DNA of 64,000 nucleotides from an uncultured delta proteobacterium (GTDB lineage Bacteria; Myxococcota_A; Polyangia; Fen-1088). Position 1 is the first letter of the stretch; the number at the start of each line of letters is the position of its first letter. Where the stretch lies: NCBI GenBank assembly GCA_963737265.1, contig CAVTRY010000014.1:320001-384000 (forward strand), given 5' to 3'. The position numbers and the translations under genes were made by a program. The notes under the pieces were generated by a model. It saw nothing but the letters and a program-made list of their open reading frames with translations. It ran no database searches and was not told the DNA's origin. Positions 53,648 through 62,459 of the stretch are shown piece by piece.

Positions 53648-55125
53648 GATAAAGCCCACCATCAGTTTGCAAGAACTTCGAGCGAAGATAGGCCAACGGG
53701 CGAAGTCCGCCCCTGCGCATCGCTTTTGGGGACTACACGTCCACATCATGAAACCGGAAACGCTCGAAGCGGCGTACTTGGAGGCCAAGCGCAATGGCGG
53801 AGCCCCTGGGTCCGACGACGAGACGTTCGAGGCGATTGAGGCGCAGGGCCGAGGAGAGTTTCTCGCGAAACTCGCCGAGGAACTGCGCGCGGACATGTAC
53901 CACCCAAGGCCGTATCGTCGGAGAGAGATTCCCAAGGAGGGCGGCAAAGTCCGCGTGATTTCGATTCCTGCGATTCGAGACCGCGTGGTGCAAGGCGCCC
54001 TCCGGCTTATTGTGGAACCAATCTTCGAAGCCGACTTCTCGGACAGTTCGTATGGGGCGAGGCCGGGACGAAGCGCGCACGAGGCAATCGAGAAAGTGCG
54101 AGTGGGACTGAACCAGGGCCGACACCGCGTGGTCGACGTCGATCTGTCGCGCTACTTCGATACGATTCGGCACGACCGAATCTTGGCGAAGGTGGCAGGG
54201 CGGGTTGTCGACAGCGATGTGCTGGCCATGGTGAAGCAGTTTCTCAAGAGCACGGGCGACCGAGGCGTGCCACAGGGCTCGCCGCTGTCACCCCTTCTCG
54301 CGAATCTTGCGCTCAACGACCTGGACCACGCCCTTGACCGAGGAGCCGGCACCATCACCTATGCCCGATACCTGGACGACATGGCAGGGCCATCGCATCA
54401 TCCTACATCGACGCAGGATCCATCAGAGTCTCGGCCATTTCTGGAAGGTTTTCCCCTGGGGTCGGTGCGCGCGCCGGTGTGCAGGCAGGTTCGGCAGCGC
54501 GCACGGGCGCGGAGACCGGCATAACTATCGGCATCTCCGCAAGATCACTTACAATTTAGATGCGTTGGCCCTGGACGACATGGTCGTGCTCGCGGCCGAC
54601 ACCCCGAAAGGGCGGCAGTGGGCAGACCGAGCGCTGGAGCGTATCCGCCAAGAGGCGGAGGCCATCGGCGTGTCGCTCAACGCAGAGAAGACCCGTTTGG
54701 TTACGATAACGGAGCCAAGGGCCAGCTTCGCGTTTCTGGGATTCGAGTTCCGTTGGGAACGGAGCTCGAAGACTGGAACATGGTATTCGAGCAGAACCCC
54801 GCGACCGAAGAAGGTCATTGCGGTCCTGAAAGAAGTCGGAAACATCCTGCGCCGGAGCCGCCACTTGCCTATGCAAGCGGCAGTGGCGCAGGTGAACCGG
54901 GTCCTGCGGGGCTGGGTGAACTACTTTCGAGTCGGCAACTCGGGGACGGCGTTCGGCAAAATCAAGTACGAGGTCGAGCGCAAGGTGAGGCGACTGGCGG
55001 CCAAGAAGCGCAAGCGCAAGGGATTCGGCTGGAAGCGGTGGAGTAGCGCCGTGGTGTACGGAACGTGGGGTCTCTTTCGAGACTACCGCGTGGTGTACTG
55101 GAACGCGAAAGCATGCCCCAACTGA
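53648..55125 (+). pseudogene. ltrA: group II intron reverse transcriptase/maturase, disrupted by a MITE
   Basis: APGSD, IPK..GKVR, RDRVVQ, GVPQGSPLSP, RYLDD, FLGF, GWVNYF; no endonuclease domain. Confidence 0.92.
54385..54573. mobile_element. 189-bp MITE with IS4-like ends
   Basis: TIR CAGGGCCATCGCATC / GATGCGTTGGCCCTG (14/15); 10-bp TSD GACGACATGG at 54375 and 54574. Confidence 0.9.
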
Positions 55126-55311
55126 ACGGACGCATAACCCCGATGGAAGACGCCTTCGCGGTGAGCCGAGATGCGGGAAATCCGCCTGTCCGGTTCGATG
55201 TGGCGGGGGCCGGAGACGGAGTGATGGAACCCCTAAACGGGCACGAAGCCGGAAACGGCCGACACAGCCAAGGGGCGTCCTGCACACCACCGCGCCGGTC
55301 CCCGACCCGAC

Positions 55312-55467
55312 TCCACGTCCATCCCAGGTTAGAGGTCCCCCTGTCTCCACGACAAGATATCGGATAGTCCAATGCTCATCATCCAGGAGGAAATTCACTA
55401 CTTTTCCGATATCGCCGTCGTCGGCGCCTACCGCATAACCCTCGATGGCTTTCAAGCTTCGCAACAT
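55312..55467 (-). pseudogene. truncated PRC-barrel gene
   Basis: MLRSLKAIEGY..DGDIGKV..FLLDDEHWTIRYLVV, ends at the intron 3' boundary. Confidence 0.8.
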
Positions 55468-55480
55468 GAGTATTTCCCTT

Positions 55481-57982
55481 TCATCCCGCTGCCGAACCAT
55501 TTTCAACCAAACCGCCAAGAGGAGTCGAACCCTTTGCCCTATGAACCTTCAGGGGATCGAAGATCCGATAGGCCAGCAGTTTCGCGCGGTCATTCACCAT
55601 GAACCAGACCAGCGCATACCCCCAAACGAACAGGGCCCAACCCCAACCGAGAGGTGTCATGAATGCCCCGTAGACCGCGATCAGCGTCGCCAGGATCTGC
55701 GTCCCCAGCACGGCAAGCCACAAGATCCGCGCTGGTCGTATGGACCAGAAAGGACCGCGTGTGCGTGAAAGGAAGATCGTGAGATGGCCCGCCACGGACA
55801 ATTTCAGATACATCAGCGTCTGAATATGGGCGCGGTCGAGATGAAAGACGCGCTCGCCGAGATAGAACAGCCCGAAGGCGGAGACGACCCCGGCCACGCC
55901 CAGGACGGTTGAAACGCCAAGCACCACCGGCATGTTCCAGCTCTCGGGCGAGTCCTTGTAATGAACTTTGTCATACGCAATCGACAGGATGGCGCCATCG
56001 TTCAGCAGGGCCAACATCACGATCATGACCGCGGTCAGTGGATAGAAGTTGAAGACCAGAATCGCCAGGGTCATGAACAGAAGTACGCGGATGGTCTCCG
56101 CGATGCGATAGATGGCGTAACTATTCATGCGCTGGAAGATCCTCCGGCTTTCCTTGATCGCGTCGATGATCACGGTCAGTCCGGGCGTCATCAGCACGAT
56201 GTCCGCCGCCGCGCGCGCCGCGTCCGTGGCGCCCGACACCGCGATGCCACAATCGGCCTTCTTCAGCGCAGGGGCATCATTCACGCCATCGCCGGTCATA
56301 CCGACGATGTGCGCCCGCTGTTGCAGGACATCCACGATGTGGAACTTGTGCTCGGGAAACACCTGGGCGAACCCGTCGGCCTTCTCGATGGATGCCGACA
56401 TGGCAGCCGTTTCGTGCTGCTTGACGTCGCCCAAGCCGCTGGCGTCGAGAATTGCCGAGCCCATGCCGAGCTTCTTGGCCGTCTCCTGGGCGATGGCCAG
56501 TTGATCGCCCGTGACCATCTTGACCGTCACCCCCATCGTGCGCGCGGTGGCGATGGTTGCCTTGGCATCCTCCCGCGGCGGATCGAAGAGCGGCAGAACT
56601 CCGAGGAACTGCCACGGGCCTTCCCCGTCGGCCCGCGCCACGCCGAGCGACCGGAATCCGCGTGCCGCGAACTCGTTCACCGCCTTGTCGACCGCGGCCT
56701 TCACCTGCCCTGCATTGGCCGACAATTCAAGAATCACCTGGGGCGCGCCTTTGGTGACTTTGAATGCCTTGCCATCCTTCGCCTTGATAGCGGCTTCGGT
56801 GCGCTTGTGGACCGGGTCGAACGGCTGAAAATGGACGATTTCGTAGGCCTGCAAGGCATCCGAGCTCTTCAAGCCAGCGAGCACGGCCAGGTCGATGGTG
56901 TCGTTGTTCTCCGCTCGCGACGCCAGCGCGCCGGCAAGAATCACCGCTTCGGCGGAGACATCGTTCACGCTGAACGCGTCGCCCAGCGACAACTTGTTCT
57001 GGGTCAGCGTGCCGGTCTTGTCCGCGCAAATGATGTCGACGCCCGCCAGCTCTTCGATAGCTACCAGCCGGCTCACAATCGCTTCCTTTTGCGCTAGCAA
57101 GCGAGCTCCCACCGCCATGGTCACCGACAGGACCGTGGGCATGGCCACTGGAATCGCCGCCACGGTCAGAACCAGCGCGAACTGCAACGTGGCGAAGAAT
57201 GCGTCGCCGCGATAGATCGCCACGGCGATAATCATCACCACCAGCGCCACGGCCAGAACGATCAGGTAGTTGCCGATCTTGAGCACCGCCTTTTGAAAGT
57301 GGCTGACCGTGTGCGCCTCTTGCACGAGTTGCGCCGTCTTTCCAAAGTACGTGTTCGCGCCGGTCCCATACACCAGGGCGCCGATTTCGCCTTGTCGAAG
57401 GATCGACCCAGAAAACACCGCCTCGCCGGGGCTGCGGGTGGCTGGCAACGACTCCCCCGTCAGCGCGGACTGGTCCACCTCGACCGGATCCCCCTCCAAC
57501 AGGCGAGCATCCGCCGGCACAATGTCGCCCAGACGCAGTCGAATCACGTCGCCAGGCACCAATTCGCGCGCCGCCGGCGTTGTCCACTTCCCGTCCCGCT
57601 TGACGCGAGCCTTGATGGCCAGCTTGGCCTTGAGCGCGGCGATAGCGTTGCCGGCCTGCCGCTCTTCCCAGAACCCGACCACCGAGTTGGCAACCAACAA
57701 GAGAAGGATAATGAAGAAATCCGGCCAATGACCGACGACGCCCGACAGAATGACCGCCACTTCGATCATCCACGGAATAGGTCCCCAAAAATACGACAGG
57801 AACTTCAGGAATGCGTTGGTCTTCTCCTCGGCGATTTCGTTGGGCCCATAGTGTGTCAGCCGCTTTTGCGCCTCGGCCTGGCTGAGTCCGTCCGGCGACG
57901 ACTCTAACCTTGCCAAGAGATCTGGCATGGAAAGGGATTTCAGCTCGTCGTTCTTCGCATCGGCCTTGTTTGGCGCATCCAT
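55481..57982 (-). CDS. plasma-membrane type (P3A) H+-transporting P-type ATPase
   Basis: FWGPIPWMIE, LTGES, IPVAMP, DKTGTLT, PFDP..KRT, KGAPQ, DPPR, TGDGVNDAP, LLNDG. Confidence 0.93.
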   Translation of the reverse strand: MDAPNKADAKNDELKSLSMPDLLARLESSPDGLSQAEAQKRLTHYGPNEIAEEKTNAFLKFLSYFWGPIPWMIEVAVILSGVVGHWPDFFIILLLLVANSVVGFWEERQAGNAIAALKAKLAIKARVKRDGKWTTPAARELVPGDVIRLRLGDIVPADARLLEGDPVEVDQSALTGESLPATRSPGEAVFSGSILRQGEIGALVYGTGANTYFGKTAQLVQEAHTVSHFQKAVLKIGNYLIVLAVALVVMIIAVAIYRGDAFFATLQFALVLTVAAIPVAMPTVLSVTMAVGARLLAQKEAIVSRLVAIEELAGVDIICADKTGTLTQNKLSLGDAFSVNDVSAEAVILAGALASRAENNDTIDLAVLAGLKSSDALQAYEIVHFQPFDPVHKRTEAAIKAKDGKAFKVTKGAPQVILELSANAGQVKAAVDKAVNEFAARGFRSLGVARADGEGPWQFLGVLPLFDPPREDAKATIATARTMGVTVKMVTGDQLAIAQETAKKLGMGSAILDASGLGDVKQHETAAMSASIEKADGFAQVFPEHKFHIVDVLQQRAHIVGMTGDGVNDAPALKKADCGIAVSGATDAARAAADIVLMTPGLTVIIDAIKESRRIFQRMNSYAIYRIAETIRVLLFMTLAILVFNFYPLTAVMIVMLALLNDGAILSIAYDKVHYKDSPESWNMPVVLGVSTVLGVAGVVSAFGLFYLGERVFHLDRAHIQTLMYLKLSVAGHLTIFLSRTRGPFWSIRPARILWLAVLGTQILATLIAVYGAFMTPLGWGWALFVWGYALVWFMVNDRAKLLAYRIFDPLKVHRAKGSTPLGGLVENGSAAG

Positions 57983-58118
57983 GGGCGACTCCTTTGGAAA
58001 CTAGCTTGCCGGCTTTGGCCGCAAATCTGGCGTCAGCACGATGTCGATGCGCCGGTTCTTCTTCCGGTTCGCGTCTGCGTCGATATTTCCAGTGTCAGCA
58101 TGGTCAACATCACTTTCT

Positions 58119-58550
58119 TCATCGTGCTCTCCTTAGTCGGGACGCCTTGCTGTCTTCACGCGAGATTCGCTTTGTCTCTCCCGATCTGTGCCTCGACGCC
58201 TTGGGAACCTTCACGGTGGGCTTGGAATCAGCCGCCGCCGTGCTCGCTCGCGCTGTTGCGTTCATCGTCAACTCGCGGACGATCAATCTCGTCAGTCGAT
58301 TCACCGCGCGCTCCAGCGCGGCAAGGACATCCGCATCGGTGGTTTCCGCCTTCATCATCCTCGGCAGCTTGAGCTCGACTTCGACTAGGCAGCGCTTGTG
58401 GCCGGTCTTGGTCGAGGCGGCCCAGAATCGAGTGGTCACCCGGCTGATGTGTTCGCCAAATCGCGAAAGTGCAAAGCGCAAACGGAGCTTGACCCCATCA
58501 CGCACCGCTTGCGGAATTTGCATACCGCTCGAACGAATGGCGATTTGCAT
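58119..58550 (-). CDS. HPF/RaiA-like ribosome-associated protein
   Basis: RLRFALSRFG..I..V...KRC.VEV pattern; divergent from nhaR. Confidence 0.7.
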   Translation of the reverse strand: MQIAIRSSGMQIPQAVRDGVKLRLRFALSRFGEHISRVTTRFWAASTKTGHKRCLVEVELKLPRMMKAETTDADVLAALERAVNRLTRLIVRELTMNATARASTAAADSKPTVKVPKASRHRSGETKRISREDSKASRLRRAR

Positions 58551-58674
58551 TCGGCGTATCTAGTACCTGGTGGCCACGTCGACTAATAGGAAATCCCAGG
58601 TTCCTTTGACGAAAAAAGCGACGGCTTCTCTTTATGACTTGCTGGCGCGGCGAACCGGACCTACCTTTCCCCAC

Positions 58675-59577
58675 GTGGAGTGGCTCAACTACCATCACCT
58701 TCTCTATTTCTGGGTCGCGGCAAAAACCGGGAGCATCGTCGCGGCGACCAAGGAGCTGCATCTATCGCACCCGACCATCAGTGGTCAGATCCATCGCTTG
58801 GAGGAAGTCCTGGGGCAGAAGCTGTTCCTGCGCAAAGGACGAAGTCTGGTTCTGACCGACGCGGGGCGAGTGGCCTATGGCTATGCCGAGGAGATCTTCG
58901 CTCTTGGCCGCGATTTCATGGACACCGTGAAGGGCCGACCGAGCGGGGGTACGCTGCGCCTGGTGGTCGGGGCCAGCGATTCCCTGCCCAAATCCATCGT
59001 GAACCGCATGCTAGAGCCCGCGTTCAAGCTGGAGAAAGGTGTCCGCGTCGTCTATCGCGAAGATCGCACGATCGAATCGTTCCTCGCCGAGCTGGCGTCC
59101 TATTCCATCGACGTCCTACTTACCAATGCACCCGCGGCGTCCGAACTTCCGGTGCGTACCTTTAGCCACCTGCTAGGCGAGTGTGGCACCGCCTTCCTGG
59201 CCGCCCCTGCCCTGGCCAAGGCGTGTCGCCGCCGCTTTCCCATGTCGCTCGACAAGATGCCCTTCTTGGTGCCCAGCAACACTTCCGTCCTGCGCCACGC
59301 CTTGGATGGATGGTTCGATTCCAACGGCATTCGGCCAACCATCGTCGCCGAGCTGGACGACTCGGCCTTGACCCGGGAATGGGGGGAAACCGGGCTCGGC
59401 GTCTTTCCCGTTCCCGACGTCGTGGTCAATGACATCCTGCGACGCTGGGATCTCCAGATTGTGGGCCAGGCACCCGAGCTCAAGCAATCCTTCTATGCCA
59501 TCTCCGTCGAACGCAAGATCCGGCATCCCGCGGTGCTCGCGATCTGCGAGGTCGCGCGCAAGAGCATTTTCGCCTGA
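58675..59577 (+). CDS. nhaR: LysR-family regulator NhaR
   Basis: EWLNYHHLLYFW, TISGQI..LE, FYAISVERKIRHPAV. Confidence 0.88.
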   Translation: MEWLNYHHLLYFWVAAKTGSIVAATKELHLSHPTISGQIHRLEEVLGQKLFLRKGRSLVLTDAGRVAYGYAEEIFALGRDFMDTVKGRPSGGTLRLVVGASDSLPKSIVNRMLEPAFKLEKGVRVVYREDRTIESFLAELASYSIDVLLTNAPAASELPVRTFSHLLGECGTAFLAAPALAKACRRRFPMSLDKMPFLVPSNTSVLRHALDGWFDSNGIRPTIVAELDDSALTREWGETGLGVFPVPDVVVNDILRRWDLQIVGQAPELKQSFYAISVERKIRHPAVLAICEVARKSIFA

Positions 59578-59603
59578 AACCGGCGGGCGTGCCTGCAGGG
59601 CGG

Positions 59604-61064
59604 TTACAGGAAGGGCGAGAACAATCGCGCGGCCGAATCGCGCAATTTCCCTGGAAGGCTCCTCGCCTCAAGCTCGGCCAGCGTCACCTCGTGTGCCCCC
59701 CGCAGCTTCTTTTCGATGACCGCTTCCACCTCCTCGGCCAGGGCGCGACCGTAGCATTCCACATTCAGCTCGAAATTCAGGCGCAGGCTGCGCGCGTCCC
59801 AGTTCGCCGAACCCAGCAACACCCAGTGGCCGTCCACCACCATGACCTTCGAGTGGTCGAAGGGCGGTGAGGTGAGCCAGAGGTGGCAGCCACGGTCCAG
59901 AACCTCCCACCACATCGCCCGTGAGGCCCAGTGGATGAGGGGCAGGTTGTTCTTGCTCGGCAAAACGATGTCCACGCGCACCCCGCGCAAGGAGGCGAGA
60001 TTAAGCGCCTCGACCAGCGCCGCATCCGGTAGAAAATACGGCGTAACAATTTGCACGGACGTCTGCGCCTCGGCCAAGGCCGCGAGCAGGGTCCAACGCG
60101 CCTTTTCGAAATCCGCATCTGGCCCGTCGGCGATGACCCGGGCGATCACGCTGCCGTCACCCTTCAATTCGGGGAACCAAGCCTTGCCTTCGAGGATCTC
60201 TCCGGTGGTGAACATCCAATCGTTGACGAAGGCTTCTTGCAGTTGTGCGACCACCGGACCCGCGATGCGAAAGTGTAGATCTTTGACGGCGTGGGCCGGA
60301 TGCTCGGCGAGCACGTTGCCGTGGCGGATGTTCATGCCGCCCGTGAAGCCTATCCGGCCATCCACGACCATGACCTTGCGGTGATTGCGCAGATTGATGG
60401 TTGCCACGCGCCACGGCGTCAAGAGCGACGCCGGCAGGAATCTCGCGTGCGGAACGCCCACCTTGCGCAACCTGTGTGTGATGGGCGGCCACGAGTAGCG
60501 GGTACCGGCGGCATCGATCAGAACCCGCACCGCAACGCCACGCTTGACGGCCCTGCTGAGCTCATCGGCGAACCGCTTTCCGGTGAGGTCGTTGTCGAAG
60601 ATGTAACTGACCAGCGAGATGCTCTCGCAGGCGGCTTCGATGGCGGCCAGCATGACCGGAAAGGCGGCGTCCCCGTTCACCAGAGGATGCACCTGGTTGG
60701 CGCCGGTCAGTGGAGTTGCCACGAGGCGGTCGACCACGCGTGCAAGCATCTTCAGGTGCTCCGCGCCTTCGTGCTCGGGCTCGCCGAAGTCTTCGGGAAG
60801 GGATCGCCCGGTCTTTTTTGTTAGGCCAAGCTTCAAGGCACGTCTGCGGATGCGGTTGATCCCGAAGGCCAGGTAAAGCAGAGACCCGAACGCTGGCATG
60901 AGCCAAATTAGACCGATCCACAGCGTAACCGCCCGGGTGTCGCGCTTGTGCAGCAGAGCATGACCCGATGCCAAGAGCACGGCGACAAGATGAAAGCCGG
61001 TCGCGATGTGCGGCCAGAATGGAAGAATTCTATCGAGCCAGAGCATGGTGCGGTTGCTGTTCAA
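59604..61064 (-). CDS. cls: cardiolipin synthase (phospholipase D)
   Basis: Two HKD motifs (NHRKVMVVDG, DHSKVMVVDG), N-terminal TMs, RSLRLNFE. Confidence 0.92.
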   Translation of the reverse strand: MNSNRTMLWLDRILPFWPHIATGFHLVAVLLASGHALLHKRDTRAVTLWIGLIWLMPAFGSLLYLAFGINRIRRRALKLGLTKKTGRSLPEDFGEPEHEGAEHLKMLARVVDRLVATPLTGANQVHPLVNGDAAFPVMLAAIEAACESISLVSYIFDNDLTGKRFADELSRAVKRGVAVRVLIDAAGTRYSWPPITHRLRKVGVPHARFLPASLLTPWRVATINLRNHRKVMVVDGRIGFTGGMNIRHGNVLAEHPAHAVKDLHFRIAGPVVAQLQEAFVNDWMFTTGEILEGKAWFPELKGDGSVIARVIADGPDADFEKARWTLLAALAEAQTSVQIVTPYFLPDAALVEALNLASLRGVRVDIVLPSKNNLPLIHWASRAMWWEVLDRGCHLWLTSPPFDHSKVMVVDGHWVLLGSANWDARSLRLNFELNVECYGRALAEEVEAVIEKKLRGAHEVTLAELEARSLPGKLRDSAARLFSPFL

Positions 61065-61390
61065 TCATCCGCTGCCGAGTGCGGCCGGATCCTGAATCGC
61101 CTCGCGCCGACGCCGCCTCAACCAAGCGAACATGGTTGCTCCCGTTTTGGCGGCATGACGACCGCTGCGACAGCTCTGGACAAGACCACCGCTTCTAGCA
61201 CGGCACGTCCAGCGCGCCAGCGCTTCACCCGCCATGGCCGCCGAGGATTCCTCGCCTCACCTGTCGCATTTTCCTTCCGATGCCGCCGGAATTTCCTTTT
61301 CACACATTCACAAACCATGGGGTAAGAAGCCGCGTGTGTTGGTCGACTGCCTGTCTTCTTCAAGCAAGGCCGACAGCTCAGGAGGTCACG

Positions 61391-61647
61391 ATGGCGACGG
61401 AGAATTCGGTGGTATGCGTGTACAACACCCATCTGGATGCGGAACAAGCAGTCAAGACGCTTCAAACATCCGGCTTCAACATGAAGCAACTCTCGATCGT
61501 TGGGAAGGACTACCACACCGACGAGCACCCCGTTGGGTACTGGCACACGTGACGATGGCGGAAGTATCCAAGGCGAAGGAGATTCTGCAAGGCACCAACC
61601 CTGCGCATTCACCCGGCGCCCGCGTCGAGCGCGCCTTAGTCCTTTGA
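61391..61647 (+). pseudogene. general stress protein-like gene with internal deletion
   Basis: N-terminus AEQAVK.LQ.SGF..KQLSIVGKDYHT joined out of frame to C-terminal EVSKAKEIL; GGAGG RBS. Confidence 0.65.
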
Positions 61648-61663
61648 CGGAGGTATAGGATTC

Positions 61664-62449
61664 ATGCTGCGAAGTCTGAAGGATCTTGAGGGTTACGCTG
61701 TGAGCGCCACCGATGGCGACATTGGGAAAGTGGCCAACTTCTTGCTCGACGACGAGCGCTGGACCATTCGCTACCTGGTCGTGCAAGCCGGTAGCTTCTT
61801 CAGCGATTCCCGCGTGCTCATCACCCCCATTTCATTTCGCCAGATTGATTGGGCCCCTCGGCGCTTTCACGTGGCGTTGACCAGGGACAAGGTCAAGCAC
61901 AGCCCCAGCGTTGACACCGACAAGCCCGTCTCCCGCCAGCACGAACGGGCTTTCTTCGGCTACTACGGCTATCCGTACTACTGGGGGAACCCGGGCCTGT
62001 GGGGCGCCGTCGGCTCCCCGGGATTGCTGGCGGCCGAGAAACTCTACGCGGTGCCGACTGCGCCTCCGTCCTTATCAGGGGACATCCATTTGCGTAGCGC
62101 CCGCGAAGTTCGCGGGTATCACATTCGCGCGACCGACGCGTCGGCGGGCCGGATCGAAGACTTCATCATCGACGACGACACTTGGGAAGTTCGCTATCTC
62201 GTGATCGACACGGCCAGTTGGTGGAAGGGCAAGAAGGTACTCGTTGCGCCGCGCTGGACGCGCAGTATAAGTTGGACTGAAGGGATCGTATTGCTCGACC
62301 TCTCCCAAGAAGCCATCAAGAAGAGCCCCGAATGGAATCCCAACGCGCCTATCAACCGAGAATACGAAGCGCGTCTGTACGACTACTATGGTCGCCCGGT
62401 CTACTGGAACGAGAACGACCGACCGCCCAAACCGACGCCTCGCGACTGA
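61664..62449 (+). CDS. PRC-barrel domain protein (two barrels)
   Basis: DGDIGKV..FLLDD..WTIRYLVV repeated; HLRS..EV.GY; GGAGG RBS. Confidence 0.9.
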   Translation: MLRSLKDLEGYAVSATDGDIGKVANFLLDDERWTIRYLVVQAGSFFSDSRVLITPISFRQIDWAPRRFHVALTRDKVKHSPSVDTDKPVSRQHERAFFGYYGYPYYWGNPGLWGAVGSPGLLAAEKLYAVPTAPPSLSGDIHLRSAREVRGYHIRATDASAGRIEDFIIDDDTWEVRYLVIDTASWWKGKKVLVAPRWTRSISWTEGIVLLDLSQEAIKKSPEWNPNAPINREYEARLYDYYGRPVYWNENDRPPKPTPRD

Positions 62450-62459
62450 GCAACAGATC

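Larger units (their letters stand above)
53136..55311 (+). mobile_element. group II intron (5' end approximate)
   Basis: Domain V GAGCCGAGATGCGGGAAATCCGCCTGTCCGGTTC at 55163; domain VI ending CCCGAC at 55311; RT ORF inside; structured 5' region starting GTGATGCC. Confidence 0.9.

Noticed and set aside
53625-55125. RT as retron, DGR or defence RT
   Set aside because: Maturase domain and domain V/VI RNA identify a group II intron; no TR/VR pair seen
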